Source: Vicugna vicugna (lineage: Eukaryota). Taken from it: 64,000 bases of DNA. Positions 25,268 through 36,700 of this stretch are shown here, one piece after another. Each line of letters begins with the position of its first letter. Within the stretch, counting starts at the first letter, position 1. Location of the stretch: NCBI GenBank assembly GCA_013265495.1, contig MU058584.1:4222508-4286507 (forward strand). Reading direction: 5' to 3'. Made by a program: the position numbers and the translations under genes. The notes under the pieces are model-generated. The model was not told the DNA's origin. It made no database searches and saw nothing but the letters and a program-made list of their open reading frames with translations.

Positions 25268-25344
25268 TGTACTAGATTTTTAGATGGAGATTCGAGAACT
25301 GGGTTACAAAACAGACTATCTACCTCTTTTGCATATAGCCAGTG

Positions 25345-26050
25345 TCCATTCATTCATCCAACATGTATTTACTCACCAAATTTAAACCCAACATTGATCA
25401 TGGAACTTTAACCAAGGTAGAATGGAATGTGCCCCCTTTAAAGTTTTGTGGATGGGTAAAGAAAGTAAACAAGCAATTGTAAAGTAATCTTTGCAATGGC
25501 GGGAATCGTGCATGCATCAGGTACACATAGGAAGCACATCTCTTCCAGGAGGTGGGATCTGGGGGAAGCGGGGTGGTGGTCAGGACCATCTTCCTGGAGG
25601 AAGCCTAATCTGAGAAACAAGAAATGAATGAGTTAACTTTGTGCCTTGTACAAAGGAAGGAATGTGTTCCAGGCAGAGAAGACAGCTCGTTCAGGGACCT
25701 GAAAGCAGTTCAGGACGGCTTGAGGGTGGAGTACTTGGTGTTCTCTGCTGAGACAAGGTGGAGAGGTAAGCATGGCCATGTCAGGAAAGAGTGTGAGCTA
25801 CACCCTCTAAAGTAATCCTTAGAAAGATCACCACCTGTAGAGTGGGAAGTAGACGTGGGGAGATAGTGAATCAAGGTTGGAGACCAGGACAGCAATTAGG
25901 AGACATGGAGATCAACTAGAACACTGATTTCTTAATCCAGATGAAAAATGGCAATGACTGATTGGTGGGAGGTTGTGGGGAGAAATGTCAGGATATTTCA
26001 GAGCTAGAATTGCAGCACCCAGTTGGTAAAGATAAAGGAAGAATCAGGTT
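25345..26050 (-). mobile_element. L2 fragments
   Basis: cattcattcatccaacatgtatttact; ggaatgtgttccaggcagagaagacagc; tagaaagatcacc. Confidence 0.6.
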
Positions 26051-26586
26051 ACTGGGATGAACAGATGGATGGGTAGGGAGACCACCACAAGAAGGAAAGA
26101 GAAACTAACAGGTGGGGACACAGGTTTTTAGTAGAACTTTGCAAACGTGTACTTTGTACAGAAAACTTTCCACACGATTCTTTGCCTGTTGTCCATCTAA
26201 AATACAAAGAGGATGAGTGGCGGGTTCCCACCTTGGGCACTATTCTTATAAACCGTTTCACTTTATTAGTGTAGAATCATTGGAGATAATTCATTTTGAG
26301 GCCATATGGGTAACCTCCAGCTTTAGACAAGTTCCTGCCCAATCCAAGATACTGATTCGTATCAGTAAATGCCTTCCTTTAGTGGCAAAACTGCAACATC
26401 ACTTAACATTACTAACAATATCCTAAAAGAAATTGTGTTGTGAAATTACTTTATGAAAACACAGCTTTATTTCTGTAAATATCACCCCACTTTCTTTCTA
26501 GAAGACATCAGTTCTTCTTTTCAAGACTAGACCATGTACTGTCTGAAAGTTAGGTAGAAATTAAAACACTTCAAATTCTGACAGTG

Positions 26587-26732
26587 GTGGGAGGGTTACA
26601 GCTCAAGTGGTAGAGAACATGCTTAACATGCATAAGGTCCTGGGTTCAATTCCCCAGCACCTCCTCTAAAAATAAATAAATGAATAAACCTTATTACCTC
26701 CTCCCTCAAAAAAATTTAAAAACATTAAAAAA
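26587..26732 (+). mobile_element. Vic-1-like SINE
   Basis: A and B boxes, tail; 14-bp TSD aaattctgacagtg (26573-26586 / 26733-26746). Confidence 0.92.
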
Positions 26733-26857
26733 AAATTCTGACAGTGATGACTCTTTTTTTTTCCCACTCTGAATTTTTTTCTTCCCCAATGGATATTAGT
26801 TAGGTTTCCCAGTCTCTTTTCTGCTTCATATTTCCTCATTCCCACCCCCCTGCCCCA

Positions 26858-26861
<4 letters not shown>

Positions 26862-26896
<35 letters not shown>
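26862..26896. repeat. (TG)n microsatellite
   Basis: Uninterrupted TG run. Confidence 0.95.
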
Positions 26897-26897
<1 letters not shown>

Positions 26898-27019
26898 TGC
26901 ACTTCCATGCCAGACTTTCTCCACATCTCTGCTGGACAATTGTCCGAGGGACCGCTTCTTTCTTTGTACTGATATATGCATCTGATTTTATCTTCCTCTT
27001 GTTAAGTTTGCATATATCT

Positions 27020-27540
27020 GAATCAGTTGGATGCTTTCAGCTATAACAAAAGATCATGCCCATGTGGCTTAAATCATAAAGAAATTTATTACTTCACATA
27101 AGAATACCAGGGATAGTCTCTCAAGAGTTGGTCAATTCTGTGCCTCAACAGAACCATTAGGTCAGCAAAGCCATTGGGGTCCTCTTTCAATAAATATTTA
27201 TTGAATGGCTATTTGTGTCTGGCCTTGATTTAGGTACATGGGATATACACTGACAAAAAAAGAAACAAAAACCTCTGTCCTTATGTCTTTATGGAGCTTA
27301 CATACTGAATTTTCCTAGCTTTGTCTCGCGGTAGCACAATAGTTGCTGTAGTTCCAGGCATCACATCAGGTAGCACAACAGGGCATCTCTTCCTATCTGT
27401 TTCTTTATCAGAAAGGATAAAGATTTCTCATTTTATCTCATTGGCCAAAATTTCCTCACTTATTTCTCTCTAAACCAATTTTTGGCAAGAGGATGGTATT
27501 TCTGTAATTGGCTTAGACTATTTAAGATTTACCTTTTTAC
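27020..27540 (-). mobile_element. MLT1 (MaLR) LTR remnant with an L2-like insert
   Basis: ggatgctttcagcta...tggcttaaatcataaagaaatttatt...gctgtagttccaggcatcacatc...tctcattggccaaaatt. Confidence 0.6.
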
Positions 27541-28573
27541 TGAAGCTTAAAAAAGTACTGACACCAGGCCCCACTCCCTGTTCATTTGCAGGGGTGGGCG
27601 TAGGGGAGGCTCAGGCATAGCTAATTTTTGTAAAGCTTTCAGGCCCATTCTAATTTACATCTAGTGTTGAGGTTGGTGTTCAGATGCTCTGCATGAGATA
27701 CTTTAGGGTTGAGAAGGTTTGGGTTTCTTTGTAGATGTGTATAATTTCATTCCTCAACTTGGGCTATGCCTCAGAAGGAGAAGGGTGCAATCTCTTGTGG
27801 CCTCCAGACCATCCCCTTTGTTTTTTTTGTCAACACTGTTCTTTGGCATTGGTGATTAGACCAGAATCCTAGCTGGGCTTCCGCCAGCCTCACCCCAGGA
27901 AATCCCTAGTTGGCTCTTCTCAGCCGCAGACTCCCAGCCCCTTTCTCAGTGTACCTGGGCTGACCAGTCTCCATCAGTATGTCCACCTTCCTTCAGTCCA
28001 GTTTGGTTTGGTTCTTGTGTTTTCCTCCTTTTTAAATTTTTCTAAGTTTTTTTTTATTATCACAAATAGTTTATTCATTTCCATTGATTTTTAGGTTTCT
28101 GATAACCTTTTTTATTTTACCTCTTTATTGTGGTATGGTTCCTGTATAGTAAGCTATACATATTTCAGGTGTACACTTTGATGACTTTTGATAGATGTAT
28201 AATGTTTTCTTCCTTTTAAAAAAAAATTCTTTTGTGAAATCTCTCTTCTAAAACTTTAAAAATACATATATTTGCTGCAACCACTAAACCATCACAAAGA
28301 TATTTATACAAAGAAAGATTTGAATAATCTTCCCCTTCCTGTCTCCATCCTCTATCGTTCCAGAAGACTAGCTCTCTGCCCGCTGTCTCTCTGTCATCAA
28401 TGTTAACAGGCCCTGGCCCATCCTGCGGGTCTCTGGTGTTGGGGTGGAGTGGGGAGGAACAGACAACAAAGGGACTGGGTTGGGAGTCAGTCTGGAATCA
28501 AAGAAAAAGGGACGGCTCAATACTTAACCGCCACCACCTTTTTTTCCTAACTTCTTAGTTTGAGATAATTTTA

Positions 28574-28686
28574 TTTTTTATTTTATTTTTTTAACATTTT
28601 TATTGATTTATAATCATTTTACAATGTTGTGTCAAATTCCAGTGTTCAGCACAATTTTTCAGTCATTCATGGACATATACACACTC
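28574..28686 (-). mobile_element. Young, severely 5'-truncated camelid-type L1 3' end
   Basis: T-rich tail plus ttacaatgttgtgtcaaattccagtgttcagcac; perfect 17-bp TSD agtttgagataatttta (28557-28573 / 28687-28703). Confidence 0.85.
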
Positions 28687-28789
28687 AGTTTGAGATAATT
28701 TTAAACTTTGAGGAAATTGTAAGATTAGTACAAAAAACTCCCATACATCCTTCACCCAGGATTCCTTACAGTTTTGCCAATTCTAATAA

Positions 28790-28882
28790 TTTCTCTTTTT
28801 TCAGCTTTACTGAGATGTAAGTGACAAATAACATACTAAGATGCTTAAAGTATACGCAGTGATGATTTGGTATGTGTATATA
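28790..28882 (-). mobile_element. Short L1MA-type 3' end
   Basis: cagctttactgagatgtaagtgacaaataac...ttaaagtatacgcagtgatgatttg. Confidence 0.65.
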
Positions 28883-31800
28883 GACTAATTCCTTTAATAT
28901 ACTTTGTAGTCAGAGGAGCCAACCCAGAAGCACACTTTCAACCCAGTAGTCACGTGGCTCTAGTCTTCTGTAACCTGGAACCCTTCCTCAGCCTTTCCTG
29001 GCCTTCTCGACGTTGGCACTTTGGGAGATCACAGACCAGTCACTTCGAGGAATGTTCCTATTTGACTTGTCCAGTGTTTCCTCATGATTAGATTCAGGTT
29101 GTACACCTTGGACCAGAATACCACGGAAGTGTTGTTGTGTTCTTCTTACCCATCAGGTAGCATGTGATGTCAATTTGTCCCAGCACTGGTGGTGTTTATT
29201 TTGATCACTTGGTTACTATGGTATCTGCTAGGCTTATTCTCTGTAAATTAGTGAGTAACCCCTGTAATTAGTGAGTAACCTATAGGGAGATACTTTGAAA
29301 TTATGTAAAATTCCATTCCTCATCCCATTTTTACCCACTAGATTTAGCACCCAATGATGTTTCTTAACTAAAAGTATTATAATTGTCCTATGGCAATTTT
29401 CTTCTAACTTTTTTTTTTCACATTTGTTAGCATCGTGCTGTAAGGAAGAGCTTTCTCTTCTCCCACTAACTTGTTTACTTTTTTGTTTATGTAAGTGTGA
29501 ACTCATGAACTCCTGTTTTACTTAAGGGTTATAATGCCTTGCTATGATTATGTATTTTGATCCTCTTATTATCCCAATATTTTCCCAGGAGGAAGCCTCT
29601 GCAATCTGGCTTCTGTAGGTTTTGTTGTTGTAACATCACCCTGCTATTTATTGAGCACTTTCATATTTTCTAGCCTAACAAGATGTTCCACATTTATCTT
29701 ATTCTTTACATGCCCCAACCCTGTAATCAGCCTTTCTTCTCCAAGGACCCTTGGTTCCTTTAGTGGAGAATGGTATTTAGAAACCAAGATCTGGGCTCTG
29801 TGTGCACTGATTACTACTGAGGTATCATCTCCCCCAGGCCCTCTCAGTAGCTCAAACTAAGAAATATATGTATGTATGTACACACGCTTATCTCTACATC
29901 TATCTGCCTACAGGCTGAGAACTATGAGTTCACACCAATGCCTCCCATTCCACCCAGCAGCACAGGATTCATCCTAGTCCCTCCACTCCCATCCCTCTGC
30001 ATATTTGTATCTCCCTTCCCCATCAGTGAGAATCTTGGCTTCCTTTGGCCTCTTTGGTTTCAACCTATTTGTTCAATTTCCCTATGTAACCAATCTCCTG
30101 ATCCCCATCAAAATCAAAAGGGCCAGTCAAAAGCCTTCCTCATGAAGTCGCCAACCCCCGCTGGCTGCTCTTTCCACACTTCAGCATCCTCCTTGTGGCC
30201 CACTTGTTGCCCTGCTACCTCCCTTCTCAGTTTGCCTTTCACATGCTACCCTGTTCCTCTGGGAAACCCTCTCCTGATGTTCCTTGAACACATAAAAGCA
30301 CTCAAGCCTTGTTGTTTTAGTTTCACTATATTTAACTCTGTTCCTCACTGACAGTCACTTGTAACAGAGTGACTTGTTACATTTTATTTTTGCCAAGATT
30401 CCCAGGATTTAGGGCTGAAGTATATATACTGCAAGGTTAGTATCTATAGCCATGAAACAATATTTGCTTCTTGCTTTTGATTTTTAATATGGACAACTAG
30501 CAGCACAGTGTGGCCACTTACTACGTGCTGATTGGTTGGAGCGCTTTGCAATTCTGCTTAGAAACTAATTAAGTTACTGCTTACCTTGTATCCTTCCATG
30601 ATCTTTTCTTCCCCCTGGGCCTTTTCTACCATTGGAGACACATCTATGGAAAAAGCCTCTGCCTTTGATTTAAAGGCAAAGATCCTATTAATTTGCTTCA
30701 TTTAGTCATTCATCCAGTCATTCATTCACCAAATATTTATTGAAGGCCTGCTATGTGCCTAGGGCTGCCCATGGTAAGATGGGCTCCCCTGCTCAAGCTG
30801 TCACTCTGAAGTTTCTTGTTCTTCATTCTGCACTGGCCTCTATGTACTGCTTGGCCGATTCAGACTACCAGGGTGTGTGAAGAGGGGAGAGTACAGGAAG
30901 TAGGTCCTTGTGAGCCAACCAGTCCCCTAGAGGGGAGGGGAACCACCCCCTCAGAGCCACTTTCCCTTCCTCTTGGGCTGTCAGCTTCTCCTGGCACACA
31001 AGCAAGTCACAATCTCAGACAGCCCCACAAAAACAGGGTGTTTACCAGCTGGGGTATTTCCATTCTGGCTTCTGGGGATCTTCAGGAGGGGCAGGAGGGG
31101 AAGGAAAGAGAGCACAGGCCCCACACCTACTCATGGCTGCTGGAACTGAGTTCTTGTCCTCTGCCCCTCTCTCCCCATTTCCCGCTCCTTCCTCCCACGA
31201 AGGTCTCTGCTTAGGGGTCCAAGACCTCAGGAGGAGCACCCCACCCTGCATGTTCTGAGACCCGGAAGCATGGCAGAGGCCAGCTTGTTTGCACTGTGGG
31301 TCATGGGTTCTCACGGGGACATGAAGGCCTGAGCAGGGCGTGGGCCACAGCTGCAAGTCACCTTGAGTGACTGTGATGCTATCTAGGCCTAACGGTTTCC
31401 TTCGGGCAGACACTTCCGCCCTCCTGTTTATGAAGGCAGAAACCTGTGCCGGGGCAGCCCCATTCTGAGCAGAAAGGAGGACTAGGTGGAGGCAGAAAGG
31501 AAAAGGCCTCGTGAGTCAGAACTAGCAGATATGAAGAGACCACGCTCCCATCACCAACTCAGTCCTGCACCTTTAAAAAGAAGAAAGGGGGAAAAAATCA
31601 CAAGCACAAGTATACACTGCAAGGTACCAGGAAACTTCCTTTCTTGCTGTCAGTTCTGCCCTAGTGCCTTCACCTCTGCGGCATTCCTGGGAGTGGAGGC
31701 CCCATTCACTGGGCCCTAGAATGCCTGGCAATAAAAGAAATACTGGGTTCCAATTCATCTGAGCTTGGACATGAGGCTAAGAGTTATAAAGACAGCTTCT

Positions 31801-32482
31801 CTTTTTCAGAGTGCCTACTAAAGTATATAGGTGAGGCAAATGAGGGTCAGGGAGATTAAGTGACTTGTCCAAGAAACACAGCTGGAAAGCAGCAGAGCTA
31901 GAATTCAACTTGCAAGCTGTTTCTGAAATTAAGGATTTTGTCTCTATCTTCAATTGAGTTAAATGAACTAGAAAACCCCTTGTCATTAGGGTTGTTAGTG
32001 TTTTAGAAAGTCAGGCCTTAGAGGATTCTACAGGAAAGAGGCCATGTTCAAAGGCCCAAAGCAGCAATCTATGTACCTGACAGTGCAAGGGTGGTGTCTC
32101 CATGAGGAGCAGAATCAGGGCAGTTTTTTGTTGTGTGAGCAGACTCTCAGCTTGTTTCCTTTACTTGTTTGCCCATATATCTCATTTCATAGAGCTCCCC
32201 ATCACCTGGCCCACTGTCCCTTTCCCAGGGTGAATCAGGTCAGGTTTGGGGGAGGGCTGGGGGTGCAAGAACCCTGCAGAAAGTCATAGGGGCATGCCTG
32301 CCAGCCAGTCCCCTTCACACTCACAGGAGTCTGAAGGCATTTCTCCTCTTCCTCTCTGGGTGGGGTAGGGGGAATCCTGGAGGGGCACCTAGGGTTGGTG
32401 GTCAGTGTATAAACTTGTAGCAGAGAAAGAAGCTGCTCCAGATTTCGGTTCCCCTGTCCTTCCCAAGGAACTTTGGTTTGGT

Positions 32483-32483
<1 letters not shown>

Positions 32484-32523
<40 letters not shown>
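32484..32523. repeat. Poly(T) homopolymer, ~40 nt
   Basis: Directly visible. Confidence 0.95.
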
Positions 32524-32525
<2 letters not shown>

Positions 32526-33319
32526 CTGGGATGGCCCTTGGGGAGGGTTGCTAAACTGGGCCTATGGGAATCGGATGTTCACGATCTTGCCCTTTACTCT
32601 GTTTCTTACAGTACACTTAGGAATAGCAAAAAGGCCCTTTAGCAAGAAGCTTGTGGGAGCTGAAATTCTGCAAAATCGAATGCATCAATCAAATCAAGGG
32701 TAGAGGGAAAGATATACTGCTTCAGGGAGCCTGGATAGCTTTGCTTGGATTTCTTATTTATCTCCTCCTCCTCTTCATGATACACAGATGAGAGATGGAT
32801 AGATTGATAGAGGAAATGAGAGGTGGGGAGTCAAAGAGACGCCAGAGGGAAAAGTGGTCGACTCCGTCCCACGCTGAGAGTTGATGGCACTGTCTGAACA
32901 GCCCTCTTCTGGGGCCATGAGAGAACACGGACACATCAACCAAGGAAGGGCCTCACTCTCCGCCTAGGATCGCCAGGAAAACCAGGTACGCGGTGAATGC
33001 AATTTTTTTTAATGACGTAAAAAAGAGTAGGGATGCACATAAAAGAAGTAAATAGAAAAGAGGGGAGATAAGAATGAAAGAACGACTCTAACTTTTAGGG
33101 GAAGAAAAAGAAGGAAGGCATGTTAAAGGAGGTAGAGGTTGAGAAGGACGGACACCCAGGCAAAGACCAGGGTCCTGGAGGAACTTCGCGAGAAAGAGGG
33201 GCCAGGCGGCTGTCCCATCCCCATGTTTGGGCAGATTAATGGAGTCGTGGCTCCCTTGCTTGAGTCCTGCCTCGGGAGGGGACAGTATCTGTTTAGATGT
33301 GTGTCTAAATTTAAACCCT

Positions 33320-33770
33320 GATCGCCGGCCTCCTCCCCCCGCTCCCCACCCCTTCCCCTCCCTCCCTCCCTCCCTCGCTCCCTCCTCCTCCTCCTTCCTC
33401 GTTCTCATGCGCAGGGCCGGGGGGCCGGGGCAGTCCCGCAGCCAGCGAGCCGGGCGCGCCGCCGCCGAACCTGGCCCGGGCGGGAGCCGAGCGGAGAGCG
33501 GGGATCGCGAGCCCCGGCCCGAGCGAGGAGCGCGCGCAGCCGCCGCCGAGTCGGCACCTGGAGGACATGGAGGTAACGCAGGCGGTGGCGCGCGGGCGGG
33601 TCGGCGATCGGGCGGGCAGCGGGGCGCACCGGGCTCATCGCTGCCACCCAGGAGCACGGCAAACGCTCGCCGCTCCCACGCCTCCCGACCGGCTACGGAG
33701 GCTCGCCTCTGGTCCTACCTAGCGGACCCCTCCCGGCAGGCAGGGCTCGGCAGGGGAAGACCTCGGGGAG
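33320..33770. promoter_or_regulatory. CpG island / gene promoter
   Basis: Only dense CpG, very GC-rich segment in the window (gccgccgcc, gcgcgcg, GC boxes, TGCGCA NRF1-like core near 33408). A long C-rich pyrimidine tract lies at its 5' end. Confidence 0.9.
33330..33572 (+). other. Probable first exon of an unidentified gene (5'UTR plus possibly only Met-Glu coding); start approximate
   Basis: GAGGACATGGAG|gtaacg: ATG at 33567 in strong Kozak context (G at -3, G at +4), followed after one codon by a plausible 5' splice donor (GT at 33573) inside the CpG island. No recognisable downstream coding exon in the window. Confidence 0.6.
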
Positions 33771-36700
33771 AGGGGAAGGGCCTTCCCAGGGGTCCAGGTA
33801 TTTTGCTTAGGGACTCAAATGTTTCGGGGCGGGAGTGGTGGTGGTGGTGGGAAGTTAGGTGCAGCCAACTTTGTAAATGGGCAAACGTGTGAGCAAAAAA
33901 CTCAAGAAAGCAGAAGCCGCTGGGTCTGAAGAGATGGGTACTGAAAGAGAAACAGTACTGTTAACGTGAAGCTCTCCTTTGCCAATCTGTGGGCTTCCTA
34001 TTCGATGAAGATTGGACTTTTTCCCCCTGTGAGTCTGGTCGCCCTCTTGCTTCTCAAGTCCCGCTTCTGTCTGTCACATCTTCTTACAGAACTTTCTGAA
34101 AAACTCCCCTCTTGTCCAAATGGCACTGTTTCTGATCAAACGTGAGACTTCCTTGTATGTCCCTGTGTGTATGGGGGTGTGCCTGCCACATCTGTTGGGG
34201 CACAAGGGTGAGGCCCACCACTGCTCTGCCTGGGATTTTCCTGGGACCGTTCCAACGACAGTGGGATCCAGGAACCACCCTCCAGTGGAGGAGTGGCTGG
34301 GTGTATTCCCCTCCTCCCTGCCTTCTCCACATCTTGAGGTTGCCATAGATTTCCCCCTTGAAACTGAGACCTGACATTTAGCCCTAAGCCAGTCTTAGCA
34401 GGACTTGGGCTTGCTTGTGAAAAGAAGAGAAGGTGCAAATGTCATCTAGCTTCCAAAGTGATTCCCACCCTTTTCAAAAGCTGAACCGCTCCTCCCAAGG
34501 CTGTGGTCAGCACCGTCAAGATTCATAGTCAGTTCTGCTGGTTCTTCCGGTGTCCGGCTCTACACTGGAGCTCTGGTTGGCTCTTCTAAGCTAACCTACT
34601 GCTTGGCCTTCAAGGTGCTATGACATCTCTGCAGTAAGTCTGTCCTAAGCAGTTGCGTTCAGGCATCCAACTCTACCAGTTGCTTCAAGGACCAGGGATC
34701 ACCTTCAGGGAGGCTTTATAAGTTCAGGGGACAGTGGGATCCACCAGAAGCTAGGACAGACCCTCTGTAGAAACACCTGTAAGCCAGGGCAGATCAGGAC
34801 TGGGAAAGGGTGGGAGGGAACACAGCAGTGGGTGTTCACGTCTACTCAAAGATAGCCCAGAGCAACAAGATCCTCTCTGGCTGGCTATAGCTTTAGCACA
34901 AGGGAGGGAGATGACCTAGGGGAAACCCACAGGCTGGGTGAAGTTTCCTGAAGAAGTTGCTTTAGGAGTGGGTTTCCTCCTCTGAAAGAGTGCCCCAGGC
35001 ACCCTGCTAGAGTTGTGGTATGATCTAGGATCCTCTAGAGTCTTGCAGAAATGGATGGGAGATAAGAACTAAGCAAGTGTTAGTCTTAAAAGCAGGTTGC
35101 TGCTTGAGGGCCAAATGCAAGTTTGAGCTTTGTTATAGGAGGACACAAGGGACTCCTTCCAAAGGTACTTTCTTCTCCGTCAGTTGAGGAAGGGACAGTG
35201 TGTGGCAGAGGCCCTGAAACTGTCACCTAAGCAACTTCCTGTGTGACTCGGTGGGGTAGGGGGGAGTGGAACATAAAAAGAGAAGGTCCTCCAGTCTACA
35301 GACCGAGATGTGTAGTCATTGATGGGGGCTTCTGCCGAGATGGGGGCATTGCTCGGCCAGCCAGGAAGCCTGTCAGTTTGCACTGGGTCTGTACAGGGCG
35401 TAGATTTGCTGGTTCGCGGTGACTACTTTTGAAGTTTCTTTGTCAAAATGCCTGAAAAAAAGAACTGCAACTGTTAGCACTGGTAAAGGAAGTAAAGAGG
35501 AAACCAAAAGGCTGGGGAAGTGTCGATTCTTAGCCAGGAAGTAAACTTTTCGTGGTGAGACGTGATATGCAGGAGTGGAATTTGGGAATTCCTGAAAAAT
35601 CTCTGAGTAAAATCCTGTGTTGAGAAGTGAAACCCACTTTTGAGAAATGAAGGGACCACTGTATTTAGTCTGAAACTGAGTTCTGTTACTTCCAAGTATT
35701 AGGAATTTAAACCAGGCCAACAAGACTTACTCAATATTCATTCTCTAGAACTCATTTACCTATTGGAAGTCTTTGGGAAATCTTTTCTTTTTTTAAGTCA
35801 CTGTTACCAATAATATCAATCATTCCTTCCACCCTCCTTAAGCCCTGTGGAGTAAACAAGATAAGGATACCTTTTAAAAGCTCCCAATAGGGAAAATGAG
35901 ACTATTATTTCTTGTCATGTATATAATTTTGAAATGCTTAAGTGCCAAAGGTATGGCTGTTGCAGACTGTAAGTTCTACAGTATTTCAGTATTTCAATGT
36001 GAGGCTCAAAAGAAGTCTTGAAAGAAAGGTGGGTGGTGAGGAGGAGAAGGCATAAGGAATGAGTGCAGGGAGAACATGCCAGCTTTATGCAGGAAAGTAG
36101 GCCAGTTAGCTAAAGAGGAAGGTGGGGAAGCGAGAGAGAAAAAAAAAATGAAAGTAATAAGATAAAAACCACAGGGCCTCCGAGTACAGTGGATGCTGGC
36201 CAAGTGGATGAGTGGGAGCTGGAATTCAATCCATCTGGAAGAAAGGGTTACTTTTCCTTCATGCAAACTCTCCTTGCCTAGCTGTGCCCCGAAGGGTTGC
36301 CTTATTACAATTCAGACAGAGGCCAGCTGCAGCCCTCAAAGGCCAGAGAGGGGATGGCCCAGGATTCTGCTCCCTGGATAGCAGGAAGCTGAGTGGTCTT
36401 GAGTAAGACGGTGGCCACGATGTAGCAGGGCTGATATGGCAGAAACACCAGTTCATGGAGTGAGCAAGGAAACTGGACGCAGGAGCTTCTTAGAATCCAG
36501 GCATACTCTGACTTTGAGAGAGAGCAAGAATAGAAAAGATGGAAGAGTAAAGACCACATGTAGTAGGAGAAGCCAGAAATGCCTTCCATGTTCGAACTCG
36601 CCAGGGTACCCAGAAGAGCAGAGTTCTCCAGAATGCCAAGGAGAATGGCAGTACCCCTTTTACGGCTGTATAAGCCTTCTGTAGGCAGGGACTATCTTAT

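Larger units (their letters stand above)
28540..30080 (-). mobile_element. Old L1 (L1MC4/5-like) 3' region containing nested younger insertions
   Basis: ctcatgattagattcaggtt...ttgatcacttggtt...gggagatactttgaaattatgtaaa...tagtggagaatggtatttagaaaccaagatctggg. Confidence 0.8.

Noticed and set aside
29243..29282. Short tandem duplications (also ~9679-9705 and ~55944-55977) as CRISPR-like or structured repeats
   Set aside because: Two-copy slippage duplications without spacers, in mammalian DNA.
33088..33892. Long ORFs over the CpG island (221 aa +, 189 aa -)
   Set aside because: Low-complexity Gly/Ala/Pro/Arg frames are expected from stop-codon depletion in GC-rich DNA. No recognisable domain, and the + ORF runs through the probable splice donor.
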